Translations under genes and position numbers: made by a program | NCBI GenBank assembly: GCA_964605145.1 | Contig: CAZSBG010000003.1 | Span: 55,028 to 119,027 of the forward strand | DNA length: 64,000 nucleotides | Reading direction: 5' to 3' | Source: an uncultured Cytophagia bacterium | Lineage (GTDB): Bacteria > Zhuqueibacterota > Zhuqueibacteria > Thermofontimicrobiales > Thermofontimicrobiaceae | Part shown: positions 34,913 through 48,133 of the stretch, in pieces | Numbering within the stretch: the stretch's first letter is position 1 | Layout: every line of letters starts with the position of its first letter | Notes under the pieces: generated by a model | Database searches by the model: none | What the model was told of the DNA's origin: nothing | Seen by the model: only the letters and a program-made list of their open reading frames with translations

Positions 34913-36244
34913 ATGAATAAAATTTTCTTGCTGGTGATTTTTCTTATTCCAGCGCTCCTGTTAGCGGATGAAGATGAATTCAATACAGATAGATTGCCGC
35001 TCGGCAATCCGGCTACAAGATACGATTTTGCCGCTGTTTATAAGGATAGCATTCTGGATTGCGGAACTCAAAAAAATATTTCATTCGAGAACCTGATTCA
35101 GGAACTGAAAAATTACAAGCTCATTCTCATTGGCGAAAGCCACACCAACGATTCTCACCACCAGGTGCAATTACAAATCATGAAAGGCCTCATCGAAACA
35201 GGGAAAAGCGTTTGTCTCGCGCTGGAAATGTTCAATCCAGCTCAAAATGAAATATTGAATCAATATACTTCCGGCGCGATTACAGAAGAGAACTTTTTGA
35301 ACCAATCCGATTATTTCAATACCTGGGGACACAATTATCGATATTATAAACCAATTTTCGATTTTGCGCGAGCGAATAAAATTGACATGCACGGCGTGAA
35401 TACGGAACACTCGTTTGCATCCAAAATTGGGCGCGGAGGATTAGAATCACTTACAGCGGAGGAACTCGCGCAGCTACCGACCATTGACACCACCAATGCT
35501 GAGCACCGATTTTACATTAAATCGGTGATGGAAGGCATGGATGCCACATCCCCGAAACAATTTGAACGAATCTACCAGGCCCAGAGTCTGTGGGATACGG
35601 TCATGGGTGAAGGCGCTATCTCGGTGGCCAAAGAAAATCCGGGTGCAATTGTCATCGTGCTTGCCGGAAGCGGCCACGTGGTGTATAACCTGGGAATTGG
35701 CAGAATCATTCAGGATCGGAGCGAGTTCTCGTTTGCTTCGCTGGTATCCGTGGATATTCCGGACACAGTTAAAAAATCTGTGATGATGCAAGTTAAACAA
35801 GGCTTGAAAAAGAAAAAAGCGCAGGCAGATTCGACCGGATCGAAACGTAAACATGGTAAATCAAAAATGCAAATGGCAATGATGCACGGAGCCATGTCAG
35901 ATGCTGTTCCCTATCGAATTGTGGCGCGCAGCCTGGCCGATTTCCTGTGGGGCCTTCCGGAAGAAAAACGGGAAAAATATCCATCCCTGGGATTTTCAGT
36001 GAATGATAAATCTGAATTCGGGTTTGAAATTAAAATGGTTTACCCTGAATCGATTGCCGAGCAACAGGATTTGAAGCGCGGGGATATTATTCAGTCTGTC
36101 GACGAAAAAACATTCGCAAACAAAGCGGCGCTGAAAAGATACCTGGGTTCGAAAAATTGGGACGAGATAATCTCATTTGAAATTATTCGCGGCGACAAGG
36201 AGGTTCAATTTAAATTTACCATCGTGGATGAAGATGAAGAATAG
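34913..36244 (+). CDS. Secreted ChaN/Tiki-family (haem-binding uptake-like) protein with C-terminal PDZ domain
   Basis: Signal peptide, ChaN motif LILIGESHTNDSHH, and a C-terminal PDZ-like GFSVNDKSEFGFEIKMVYPESIAEQQDLKRGDIIQSVDE. Confidence 0.6.
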   Translation: MNKIFLLVIFLIPALLLADEDEFNTDRLPLGNPATRYDFAAVYKDSILDCGTQKNISFENLIQELKNYKLILIGESHTNDSHHQVQLQIMKGLIETGKSVCLALEMFNPAQNEILNQYTSGAITEENFLNQSDYFNTWGHNYRYYKPIFDFARANKIDMHGVNTEHSFASKIGRGGLESLTAEELAQLPTIDTTNAEHRFYIKSVMEGMDATSPKQFERIYQAQSLWDTVMGEGAISVAKENPGAIVIVLAGSGHVVYNLGIGRIIQDRSEFSFASLVSVDIPDTVKKSVMMQVKQGLKKKKAQADSTGSKRKHGKSKMQMAMMHGAMSDAVPYRIVARSLADFLWGLPEEKREKYPSLGFSVNDKSEFGFEIKMVYPESIAEQQDLKRGDIIQSVDEKTFANKAALKRYLGSKNWDEIISFEIIRGDKEVQFKFTIVDEDEE

Positions 36245-36296
36245 CTTTTTCGATTCATTTTTATTTCTAATTTATCACAATTAAAATTTGAGTAAA

Positions 36297-36335
36297 CCAG
36301 TGGCATAAGCCACTGGCCTACCCGCTGTTTTCTTT
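36297..36335 (+). terminator. Intrinsic terminator after the ChaN-PDZ gene
   Basis: Perfect 8-bp stem CCAGTGGC-ATAA-GCCACTGG followed by CTGTTTTCTTT, 53 bp after the stop codon. Confidence 0.6.
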
Positions 36336-36423
36336 ATCAATGCAATCGAATATCAGCGCTGTACTCGGATGTCATTTCTGTGAGACGACGAAATAATTCC
36401 GAATCATCGCTTTTGCAAATATT

Positions 36424-36912
36424 TTAATACTCTTCCAGCTTATTGAATTCAGCATTTTCCACCCATGCATCCGGCCGGGAAAGATATTCTGCAAGGCTAT
36501 CCATCAGGAAGATGTGTTTCTTTTCTTCCTCGGCAATCTTCAGCAGTAATTTTTTCGCGGCGTCGCCTTCAACTTCGTTGGCCTTTTCAAGATAAAATTG
36601 ATGGCTTTTCTCTTCGATATCTTTTGCTTTTTCATAAAATTCAACTTGCGGCATTTCCTGATTGAATGTCTCATTTTTTTCTTTCATTTCAAAGAATACA
36701 TTTTTCGCGTCCGACAATATGCTGGTTTCCCTCAATGCTGGATTATCCTGTTTTTCGTTTAGTTTTTTCAACAGTTCGAAATGCTTCACTTCCTCGTTCG
36801 CCAGGAGATTCAAGATATTTTTCAATCCCGAATGATTTGTTTTTTCTGCCAGTTCCCGGTAGTAATTTTCACCGTCTTTTTCCATTTGCATCGCGAATTC
36901 GTAAATATTCAT
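36424..36912 (-). CDS. Rubrerythrin-like ferritin-fold diiron protein (no rubredoxin domain)
   Basis: MEKDGENYY start and two E..H motifs (NEEVKHFELL, EEEKKHIFLM) typical of the rubrerythrin/ferritin-like family. Confidence 0.6.
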   Translation of the reverse strand: MNIYEFAMQMEKDGENYYRELAEKTNHSGLKNILNLLANEEVKHFELLKKLNEKQDNPALRETSILSDAKNVFFEMKEKNETFNQEMPQVEFYEKAKDIEEKSHQFYLEKANEVEGDAAKKLLLKIAEEEKKHIFLMDSLAEYLSRPDAWVENAEFNKLEEY

Positions 36913-37095
36913 GTTTCGTTCTCCTTGTTAACAATTTATTAAATGATTATCTGATTTCCTCATCAAACTAAATAAAATTCAAAATTCCAAAAATCGAAAA
37001 AAAAGTTCACATAAATAACAATTTCAAAACTACAATGTTCCAAAATACAGGGTAATATTTCGTGCGCACTTTATTGATTAATTGCCAATCAAATG

Positions 37096-40426
<3,331 letters not shown>

Positions 40427-40446
<20 letters not shown>

Positions 40447-41287
40447 TTTCGCGGACGGCTAAAATCTCGACAAATTTCGACAGAACTTCATCGCGATCTT
40501 TCCCACTCAACGCCAGCGCCAGTTGCGCCATGAGCAATCCATATTTCACGCCGACATCGTAACGCCAGTCATCTTTTTCAATGGCAAGGTACTGCTCCCG
40601 TTTTGCCAGTTCTGCCAGAGCCTCTGAAAGTGTTATGCCGGGACTCTCACCGGGATCTTCGATGAGTCGTTCCAGGATATCAAAAACAGTGGGCGTAAGC
40701 ACATGCATGCCAAAGAAACAAAGATAATAGCCGGCGCGCAGGCCGGGCACGATCAATCGCTGCTCCGCTTCCGTGGGCGTGGCTTTTTCGATGACTTCAT
40801 CAATGCGGTACAAATCCGGCTGGCCCTGAATCCGACCGCCACCAATGGCGCCGTAAAATGGAAGAAGATTTTCCCGCGACGCCTGCACGGCTGATACCGC
40901 GCATTCTTTAGTCTCCGCCACTCGCACAAGATGCTGAGCGCATCCTTCTTCGTGACGGCTCACATAAAGATGGTCTCCCACCAGATGCAAAAATGAATCA
41001 TTCCCGATGAAATTTTTGGCGCAATACACAGCATGGCCATAGCCAAGCTGCTGCTGTTGATGTTCAAAATGGAGGCGCCCGGCATGATCGCCCACAACAT
41101 CCCGGAACGCAACTTCATCTCCGGGTTGTGTGATCACGCAAATTTCCTCCACACCGGCTCTCAGCGCCTCTTCCACAATGATTCGCAGCACAGATTTTTC
41201 AGTCCCGTCCCGATCGATGAGCGTCTGAATCGGCAAAGTGCGCTGATTTTTCCCGGCTGCTGTAATAACAGCTTTGGTGATTTTCAT
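40427..41287 (-). CDS. Sugar-1-phosphate nucleotidyltransferase, UTP--glucose-1-phosphate uridylyltransferase (GalU) family
   Basis: [15 protein letters not shown] (compare KAVIPVAGLGTRMLP in GalU), GYGHAV and EKATP motifs; 286 aa. Confidence 0.65.
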
Positions 41288-41411
41288 TTTTCACTCCAAA
41301 ATAAAATAGAATTAATATACTCGTCCCGGCCCAAAATATCAAGCGGAAAAAAGGTAAACATAAAGATTAAGATTTTTCACATTTGTCTTTGCCTTTGCCC
41401 TATCTTCTGCC

Positions 41412-42071
41412 CTATTTTCCAATGCTCAGCGCAATAAGTAGCTGTCCTGAGTAATAAAACGCCAGGCTGATCCTATTTAATTTGAAAGGATGACGAAATT
41501 TATTGATCGCCAAAATCAGATCTGACAGGTAAAACAGCACTGCACCACCAGTAATGAACACAGCCCTGGTAAAGCTGAAATATTCATTGTAAAGACTTGC
41601 AAAAGCTCGATTCAGCATGACTGTGATAATGATGACATAAAATAAAACAGGCAGCTTCATCCCTCCAAGCCCTTTGAAGAGATAGGCATAGACAATTGCC
41701 GCAACGGTGAATAGAATAACCCCGGGGATCAAATCGTGTCGGCTTAACTGAAATGGAATTGAAAACGCGATGGTATAAATAATATGCGTCACCAGAAAAA
41801 ATATCAGCCCCAGCATAAATGCTTTTTTGGATTTTCTGATGAGCGCCACATCGCCTCCAAAAGAAAAGAGGAGACCGGCAAGGATGAAATAAAAATAAAT
41901 TGGAGAGGCGAGCTCCCGACTTAACACAGGGATTAAAGCAATGAAAATAACGGTCAGTGTGGACAAAGGTTTGAATATGCAAATTTGAGTGAGCTTTTCA
42001 GCGAATTCAGCCCGAATCAGCAGTGTCACTAAAACAAAGAGAATTCCGATAGCAACACAATAAATAATCAT
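41412..42071 (-). CDS. YhhN-family (lysoplasmalogenase-like) polytopic membrane protein
   Basis: 219 aa, ~8 TM helices, with the FKPLSTL motif (compare FKPLTM in YhhN). Confidence 0.45.
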   Translation of the reverse strand: MIIYCVAIGILFVLVTLLIRAEFAEKLTQICIFKPLSTLTVIFIALIPVLSRELASPIYFYFILAGLLFSFGGDVALIRKSKKAFMLGLIFFLVTHIIYTIAFSIPFQLSRHDLIPGVILFTVAAIVYAYLFKGLGGMKLPVLFYVIIITVMLNRAFASLYNEYFSFTRAVFITGGAVLFYLSDLILAINKFRHPFKLNRISLAFYYSGQLLIALSIGK

Positions 42072-42123
42072 TGATCTCCTTTCATTATATTAAAATTCTA
42101 CAGAATTAAAAATAATCAACTAA

Positions 42124-42288
42124 CCTGGATTATTCATTGTAATTCATTAAGGAATCCAGATAGCCTGAATGGTGCTTAATTCAGAATTCGTTATATCAAA
42201 CTCTGTTAAATTTCACACATCTCGTTAATCTTTTTAATAACATTTATTTATATATGTTTAGGTTGAAATCTGTGAATAATTCAGGCTA
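42124..42288. repeat. Intergenic repeat element, copy B (~165 bp, 13-bp terminal inverted repeats)
   Basis: Ends CCTGGATTATTCA ... TGAATAATTCAGG match 12 of 13 bp as inverted repeats. Internal stem CCTGGAT/ATCCAG; core GATAGCCTGAATGGTGCTTAATTCAG. It lies 52 bp upstream of the YhhN-like gene start. Confidence 0.6.
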
Positions 42289-42333
42289 AAAGTAATGAAT
42301 GATCATTCATCACACAAATTGGCAATTTCTATT

Positions 42334-42903
42334 TCATTCTTGGTTCATAAATTCGTCCCTCAGGATTCCGTAAAATTCGATGTCTTCAAATACTCCCCAT
42401 TTCTTCACATGTTTTCTGAGCGTTCCTTCCTTTTTCATCCCGAGCTTTTGCATCACCCGCCCCGAAGAAGAATTACGGCTCAAGTGATGGGCATAAATTT
42501 TATGCAATTCTAATTGTTCAAATCCATATTGCAGCATTGCTCGCGCAGCTTCTGTGCAGTAGCCATGATTCCAGTATTTTCTTCCGATCCAGTAGCCCAT
42601 GGCAGCAGTTTCATGAACTTCGGAGATTTCCGAGAGTCCAATGGCGCCAATGAGATCCTTTTTCTGGCGGTGGATAATCGCTAAAATCACCTCAGTTTTC
42701 TCCTCAAACAAACGTTGATGCGTACTGATCCATGTATTGGCCATGCCATCTTCGTAGGGATGTGGAATATTTAGCGTGGTGGAAGCGACTGATTTGTCAC
42801 CGGCAAGTTCGGTTACAACTTGTGCGTCATCCAGCGAGAATTGCCTGAGAATTAATTTTTCAGTGGTCAAGCGCGGATATTTTTTTGTGGATGTTGGATT
42901 CAT
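42334..42903 (-). CDS. GNAT-family N-acetyltransferase (RimJ/RimL-like)
   Basis: LILRQFSLDDAQVVTEL...; 189 aa with the GNAT motif A region (IGAIGLSEI...GYWIGRKYWNHGYCTEAARAM). Confidence 0.8.
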   Translation of the reverse strand: MNPTSTKKYPRLTTEKLILRQFSLDDAQVVTELAGDKSVASTTLNIPHPYEDGMANTWISTHQRLFEEKTEVILAIIHRQKKDLIGAIGLSEISEVHETAAMGYWIGRKYWNHGYCTEAARAMLQYGFEQLELHKIYAHHLSRNSSSGRVMQKLGMKKEGTLRKHVKKWGVFEDIEFYGILRDEFMNQE

Positions 42904-42933
42904 TTTTTCTTCAGTCTAATAAATGTGTGTTCT

Positions 42934-45900
42934 TCATTTCTCCAACGCATTCTTTAAAACAGTTGCCAATTCTTCTATTTTGAAAGGTTTTGATAAATAA
43001 CCGCAAAAACCATATTTTTCATAGTTGGACATCACCGGCGCGTTGGAATAGCCACTGGTTACAATTGCCCTGACATCAGAATCAATCTTTTTGAGATTTG
43101 AAATAGTTTCTTTGCCGCCCATGCCACCAGGCACAGTGAGATCCATGATTAGCACGTCGTAGGGATGTCCATCTTCTCGGGCCTGGCGAAATTTTTTTAT
43201 CATTTCAGTTCCGTCGCTCACGCTATCAACCGTGTAACCCAGTGTTCCGACCATGCGCTTAAAGGATGTTCGTATGATTTCTTCATCATCCATGACCAAA
43301 ATTCGTCTATCTCCGCCGCTGTGCTTTATTTCTGTTCGCGGCCTGGTAATATTGATTTTTTCTGAAGCGGGCAGATATACCTTAAACGTCGTTCCTTTAC
43401 CTAATTTGGAATCGACTGTAATATATCCCCGATGCTTTTTGATTATCGAGTAAACAGTGGCCAGTCCCAGTCCGCTGCCCTTTTGTTTTGTGGTAAAATA
43501 AGGATCGAAAATTTTGTCGAGATGCTCTTTCTGGATGCCATGCCCCTGATCACGAATGGATATTTCCACAAAACTACCGCGAATACTTTTCTGGCCAAAA
43601 ATTTTTGTATGTTTATCCAAAACAATGTTTGAGCATTCTACTTTAACGACTCCGCCTTCCGGCATTGCCTGATCTGCATTAATCACTAAATTCTGAATCA
43701 CCTGGTTCATTTGTCCAACATCCACTTCCACCGGCCACAAATCGTTCGGCAGGATGAATTCATACTGGACATTGGAGCCGCGCAGGGCAAATGCGGTGGA
43801 ATCTTTGATCAGGTCATGAATCGTCGCTGTTTTTTTCACCGGCGCGCCTCCAATTGAAAAAGTGAGCAGTTGCTGCGTCAGATCTTTCGCTCGGAGCGAT
43901 GCTTTTTCAACCTCGGAAAGCACCTCGTATGTTTCTGATGCCTGGTCAATATCCATCTTGGCCAGGGTGATATTGCCGAGAATTGCAGTCAGAATATTAT
44001 TGAAATCATGGGCAATCCCGCCGGCCAGTGTTCCAACGGACTCCAGTTTATTGGCTTTCTGAAGTTCTTCCTCAATTTTTCGTCGTTCTGTGATGTCACG
44101 AAATACCAGAACCGCGCCAACAACTTTGTTATTCATATCCTTGATTGGCGCCCAGCTATGCGAAATCATTTTTTCGCTTCCATCCTGAGCAATGAGCCGG
44201 GAACCATTTTCTATATTGATAATTCTGCCGGTTCGTAACACGCGATCAATCGGATGTTTCCTCGGTGGTTTATTGTTTTTGGTGAGGAAATTGAATATTT
44301 TTGAAATATGTTCGCCTTCGGCATCTTTTTGTCGCCAGGCAGTGAGCACTTCAGCGACTTTATTGATGAGTAAAATGTTTCCGTAGATATCGGTGGTAAT
44401 AACGCCGTCCGCAATGCTTCGCAACGTTACAGCGAGCCGCTCTTTTTCTTCAGCCAGTATTGTTTTGGACTGTTTTAATTCAGTGATATCTCGGGCAATG
44501 CCACACAGACCAAAAATCGCTCCAGCGCTATCCTTCATTGGCACACGAATGACATCAAAACTTCTTTGCTCGCCCTCTTTTACCAATCCTGATTCTTCCC
44601 GAACAACGATCTCACCACTTAGCGCCTTCCTGTCAATGGCTTCATTGAATTGTGCCACATCTTCACCAAAAACATCTGCATCGGTTTTACCCACAATAAC
44701 TTCGGACTTCATCTTGAAAATATTCTCCGTTGCAGGATTGATGGTAATATAGCGTAAATCTTTATCTTTAAGAAAAATGATATCCTGAGCCGTTTCAAAA
44801 ATTGCTCGAAATCGCTCTTCACTTTCGCGCAGAGCCTCTTCACCTTGTTTTCGATCAATAGCCACAGCAGCCTGATTTCCAATGGCGACCAACAGTTCCC
44901 GATCGCGCTCCGTGTATTTATGTTTCGGGTCATAACTCTGAACAACCAGCACTCCCATCGCTTTATACCGAACATACAATGGCACCGCCAGCCATGATTC
45001 CGGCAGCGTGCCGATAATTTCTACTTCGCCCTTCTCATACAAATCATCTAAAATTTCGGGAGTAAGCAACAACGGTTTGCCGGTTCGCAATATGTACTCA
45101 GTCAGTCCACGTCTTTTGGCACGCGGTTTCGGTGGGGGATCGTATTTATCGACAAACAGCGGAAATGAAACCTGTTCAGCGAGAGGATCATACAATGCAA
45201 TGTAACAATTTTCCGCATACATCACTTTTTCAATATTTCGGCGAATTGTCATCAACAATTCATCAAGATTTTCGGTGGTACTGACAGCCTCGCCAATTTC
45301 ATATAAAATTTCCCGCTCATTTTCAGTGCGCTTTCTTTCCAATGATTCCATGGCCAGAGAAACCATGTCAGCAATGGTGCCGGCAAAATCCTGATCCTCT
45401 GATGTCCATTCTCTTTGCGGGCCGATATGTTCACAGCAGACAACGCCCACAGTTTTTCCGTGAATTCGAACCGGAGCATCCAGTATTGAAGTGATGCCAT
45501 AATTCGCCAGGTAATCATCTGCAAATTCGCTGGTCACAGGATCGGTAATGGCGTCAACCGCGGCAATGGTGCGGCTCATTTCCAACGCGCTAAAATATTT
45601 TGGGTATTTGTCGACCTGAATAATTTCATCGATGGTGAAATATCCTGAGCTGAGCTTCAATCCTAACAGACCACGCATTTGTGCATGATTTTTATCAAAT
45701 TTCCAGATAGTCACCTGCTCTGCATCAAGGGTTGAAGCTGCTACATCCGCGATTTTTCTGAGGGCAAACTTCAAATCAGAAAAATTTTCTTTGGCCAGTT
45801 CAACAATCGCTTTTTGATTGCGAAGTATTTGCTCGGTACGATGCCTTTCCATGGCCTCTTCTCTCTTGCGATCTGTGATATTTTTTATCGTACCAATACT

Positions 45901-46722
45901 CACCATCTTGCCGCGGTAATTGACAACTCCAACATTCATGTTCACATAAACTTTTCTTTTGCCATCCTTATGAAGCAATCGGAATTCATACTCCCTGGGC
46001 ACACGAATCCCCTTCAATCTTTTTTCGTAACGATCGAGTACGAGTTCGATATCGTTTTTTGGAATCACTTCATCAAAGGATTTTTTCAGCAATTCTTCAA
46101 CTTTATAACCAATCATACGTGCAAAAGCCTCGTTGACGAAAATCAACTTTTTGTCCTGAATGAGAAAAACCCCATCCTGGATATTATCAACGAGCGTCCT
46201 GTACTTATCTTCCGATTCAACCAATGCCTCTTCAGTCCGCTTACGCTCGGAAATATCACGAACCACGCAAATCAATCCGCCGTCATCAATTGCAGTCAGC
46301 GAAACTTCCTGGTTAAATTTAGAACCATCCTTTCGCTTTCCAACGGATGTGCCGAACCAATGTCCCTTTCTGGCCAAAACTGGCATATAAAATTTTTCGA
46401 AAGTATCAATTTCAGACTTGTAATAAAGCGTTCGCCAGCTTTTGCCAATCAATTCCTCGGGACTTTCATAGCCGTAAATTTGGGCATGCGCTTTGTTGAG
46501 ATAAATATACGTCTCGTTCTCATCCAAAATGGCGATTCCATCATGAGCGGCTTCTATGGCCAAAAGTTGAACCAAGTAATTATTTTTCTTTCTCTCAATT
46601 TTGTTTTCTGTCGCTCCGATTTCCTTGAGTTCTTTTTTAAGGCGTTCGTTCTCTGCGATTAACTGTTCTTTTGTCATTCCTTTTTCCGACTTCATCTTTC
46701 CTCCAGCCCATTTCATTTTCAT
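42934..46722 (-). CDS. Hybrid sensor histidine kinase/response regulator with multiple PAS domains and a GAF domain
   Basis: H-box GGIAHDFNNILTAILGNITLA, a HATPase_c region (GSGLGLATVYSII), a C-terminal receiver domain (ILVMDDEEII...DVLIMDLTVPGGMGG) and repeated PAS-like segments; 1262 aa. Confidence 0.9.
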   Translation of the reverse strand: MKMKWAGGKMKSEKGMTKEQLIAENERLKKELKEIGATENKIERKKNNYLVQLLAIEAAHDGIAILDENETYIYLNKAHAQIYGYESPEELIGKSWRTLYYKSEIDTFEKFYMPVLARKGHWFGTSVGKRKDGSKFNQEVSLTAIDDGGLICVVRDISERKRTEEALVESEDKYRTLVDNIQDGVFLIQDKKLIFVNEAFARMIGYKVEELLKKSFDEVIPKNDIELVLDRYEKRLKGIRVPREYEFRLLHKDGKRKVYVNMNVGVVNYRGKMVSIGTIKNITDRKREEAMERHRTEQILRNQKAIVELAKENFSDLKFALRKIADVAASTLDAEQVTIWKFDKNHAQMRGLLGLKLSSGYFTIDEIIQVDKYPKYFSALEMSRTIAAVDAITDPVTSEFADDYLANYGITSILDAPVRIHGKTVGVVCCEHIGPQREWTSEDQDFAGTIADMVSLAMESLERKRTENEREILYEIGEAVSTTENLDELLMTIRRNIEKVMYAENCYIALYDPLAEQVSFPLFVDKYDPPPKPRAKRRGLTEYILRTGKPLLLTPEILDDLYEKGEVEIIGTLPESWLAVPLYVRYKAMGVLVVQSYDPKHKYTERDRELLVAIGNQAAVAIDRKQGEEALRESEERFRAIFETAQDIIFLKDKDLRYITINPATENIFKMKSEVIVGKTDADVFGEDVAQFNEAIDRKALSGEIVVREESGLVKEGEQRSFDVIRVPMKDSAGAIFGLCGIARDITELKQSKTILAEEKERLAVTLRSIADGVITTDIYGNILLINKVAEVLTAWRQKDAEGEHISKIFNFLTKNNKPPRKHPIDRVLRTGRIINIENGSRLIAQDGSEKMISHSWAPIKDMNNKVVGAVLVFRDITERRKIEEELQKANKLESVGTLAGGIAHDFNNILTAILGNITLAKMDIDQASETYEVLSEVEKASLRAKDLTQQLLTFSIGGAPVKKTATIHDLIKDSTAFALRGSNVQYEFILPNDLWPVEVDVGQMNQVIQNLVINADQAMPEGGVVKVECSNIVLDKHTKIFGQKSIRGSFVEISIRDQGHGIQKEHLDKIFDPYFTTKQKGSGLGLATVYSIIKKHRGYITVDSKLGKGTTFKVYLPASEKINITRPRTEIKHSGGDRRILVMDDEEIIRTSFKRMVGTLGYTVDSVSDGTEMIKKFRQAREDGHPYDVLIMDLTVPGGMGGKETISNLKKIDSDVRAIVTSGYSNAPVMSNYEKYGFCGYLSKPFKIEELATVLKNALEK

Positions 46723-46843
46723 GTATTCATTGAAACAGTTCAGAATTTAGGCGCAATATTTATTCTAAATGAATAGTACTCATCTTTTCAAAATGTTGTC
46801 TGGGAGCTGAATTTCACTAAAACATTGATAAGTCCACTAAAAT

Positions 46844-47060
46844 CCGGAATTATTTTTAATACCTTCCAAAGAATGGATCATCAATTCAGCGCACAATCCT
46901 GTAATTTGAATATTGGGTAATATAATTATTCTGTTTTCTATTTTCAAGAAAAAACAGGTTGTTAATATTATTTAATTTTGTCAAAAAAAAAGATTGAAAC
47001 GTAACATCCATATCTGTTTCAATCTTCACTTTTAATCGTATTATTGAGATTTCGAGGCTA
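46844..47060. repeat. Degenerate third copy (copy C) of the intergenic repeat element
   Basis: CCGGAATTATTTTT...GAATGGATCATCAATTCAG...ATTATTGAGATTTCGAGGCTATCATCAAATT has stepwise similarity to the copy A/B start, core and end (GGCTAT[A/C]ATCAAA[A]TT shared with copy A). Confidence 0.35.
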
Positions 47061-47080
47061 TCATCAAATTCTCTTATGAT

Positions 47081-48028
47081 TTACTTCTGATTTTGCTGAA
47101 AAACCTCCAATAGCTCCTCGCTGACTGAATACGGCGAACGCTTTTTATTGATAATCTGTTCCAGCCGGGTGGCCAACTGGTCTTCAATTTGAGGCTGCCA
47201 GAACTGTTCGAGCAACCTGGATTTTACAATTTGCCGTACATAATGTTCAATCCTCGCTCGATGCTTTTCAACACGAATATTGGTTTTGTTCTGATATTTT
47301 AAATGGTCTGTCAGGGCGAGAACCAGTTCTTCGATCCCTTCTCCAGAATTTGCTATGGTTTTAACCAGGGGAGGATTCCATCTGCGTTTTTCTTTGCCCA
47401 GCTCCAGCACATAGTTTAATTCCATCAAGACGCGGTCTGCGCCCTCGCGATCCGATTTGTTGATACAAAATACATCCGCGATTTCCATCAGTCCGGCTTT
47501 CATGGCCTGAATGGAATCGCCGGACTCCGGCACGAGCACGACCGCGGTCGTATCAGCCGCTTCGACAATATCCAGCTCGGACTGGCCCACACCGACTGTT
47601 TCGAAGATGATGATATCCATTCCAAATGCATCCAGTAAATCTGCGGCTTCCTGCGTCCTCATGGCCAATCCTCCCAGGCTTCCCCGCGTGGCCATGCTTC
47701 GGATGAACACGCCGGGGTCCAGGGCAAGGTCGCCCATGCGAATCCTGTCGCCCAACAGCGCGCCGCCGGTAAAGGGGCTGGTCGGGTCCACGGCGATGAT
47801 GCCCACTGTTTTTTTCTGGTTTCGGTAATATTTTGTCAATTGATTGACCAGCGTACTTTTCCCGGCGCCGGGAGGGCCGGTAATGCCAATGCGATAACTG
47901 CGTCCGGTTCGATAATAGACTTTATCGAGCATCTGAACCGCGCCATCGGTTTCATTTTCAATGAGAGAAATCAGGCGAGACAACGCGCGTCGGTCGCCGG
48001 ATAAAAATCGTTTCACTAAATCTTCCAT
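47081..48028 (-). CDS. meaB: Methylmalonyl-CoA mutase-associated G-protein MeaB/ArgK family GTPase
   Basis: P-loop GITGPPGAGKSTLVNQL, and 315 aa with the MeaB-like layout. Confidence 0.8.
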   Translation of the reverse strand: MEDLVKRFLSGDRRALSRLISLIENETDGAVQMLDKVYYRTGRSYRIGITGPPGAGKSTLVNQLTKYYRNQKKTVGIIAVDPTSPFTGGALLGDRIRMGDLALDPGVFIRSMATRGSLGGLAMRTQEAADLLDAFGMDIIIFETVGVGQSELDIVEAADTTAVVLVPESGDSIQAMKAGLMEIADVFCINKSDREGADRVLMELNYVLELGKEKRRWNPPLVKTIANSGEGIEELVLALTDHLKYQNKTNIRVEKHRARIEHYVRQIVKSRLLEQFWQPQIEDQLATRLEQIINKKRSPYSVSEELLEVFQQNQK

Positions 48029-48133
48029 GAATCATTCCGGGTAATTTAAATAATATGTTCTTCCCACAAAACACACGAATTGACGCGAAATGCAAGATAG
48101 AAATTTTTACTTTTTTGAATACTATTTTTTCAT

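Noticed and set aside
36424-36912. Calling the ferritin-like gene a full rubrerythrin
   Set aside because: There is no C-terminal rubredoxin-like CxxC...CxxC domain. Only the diiron four-helix-bundle part is present.
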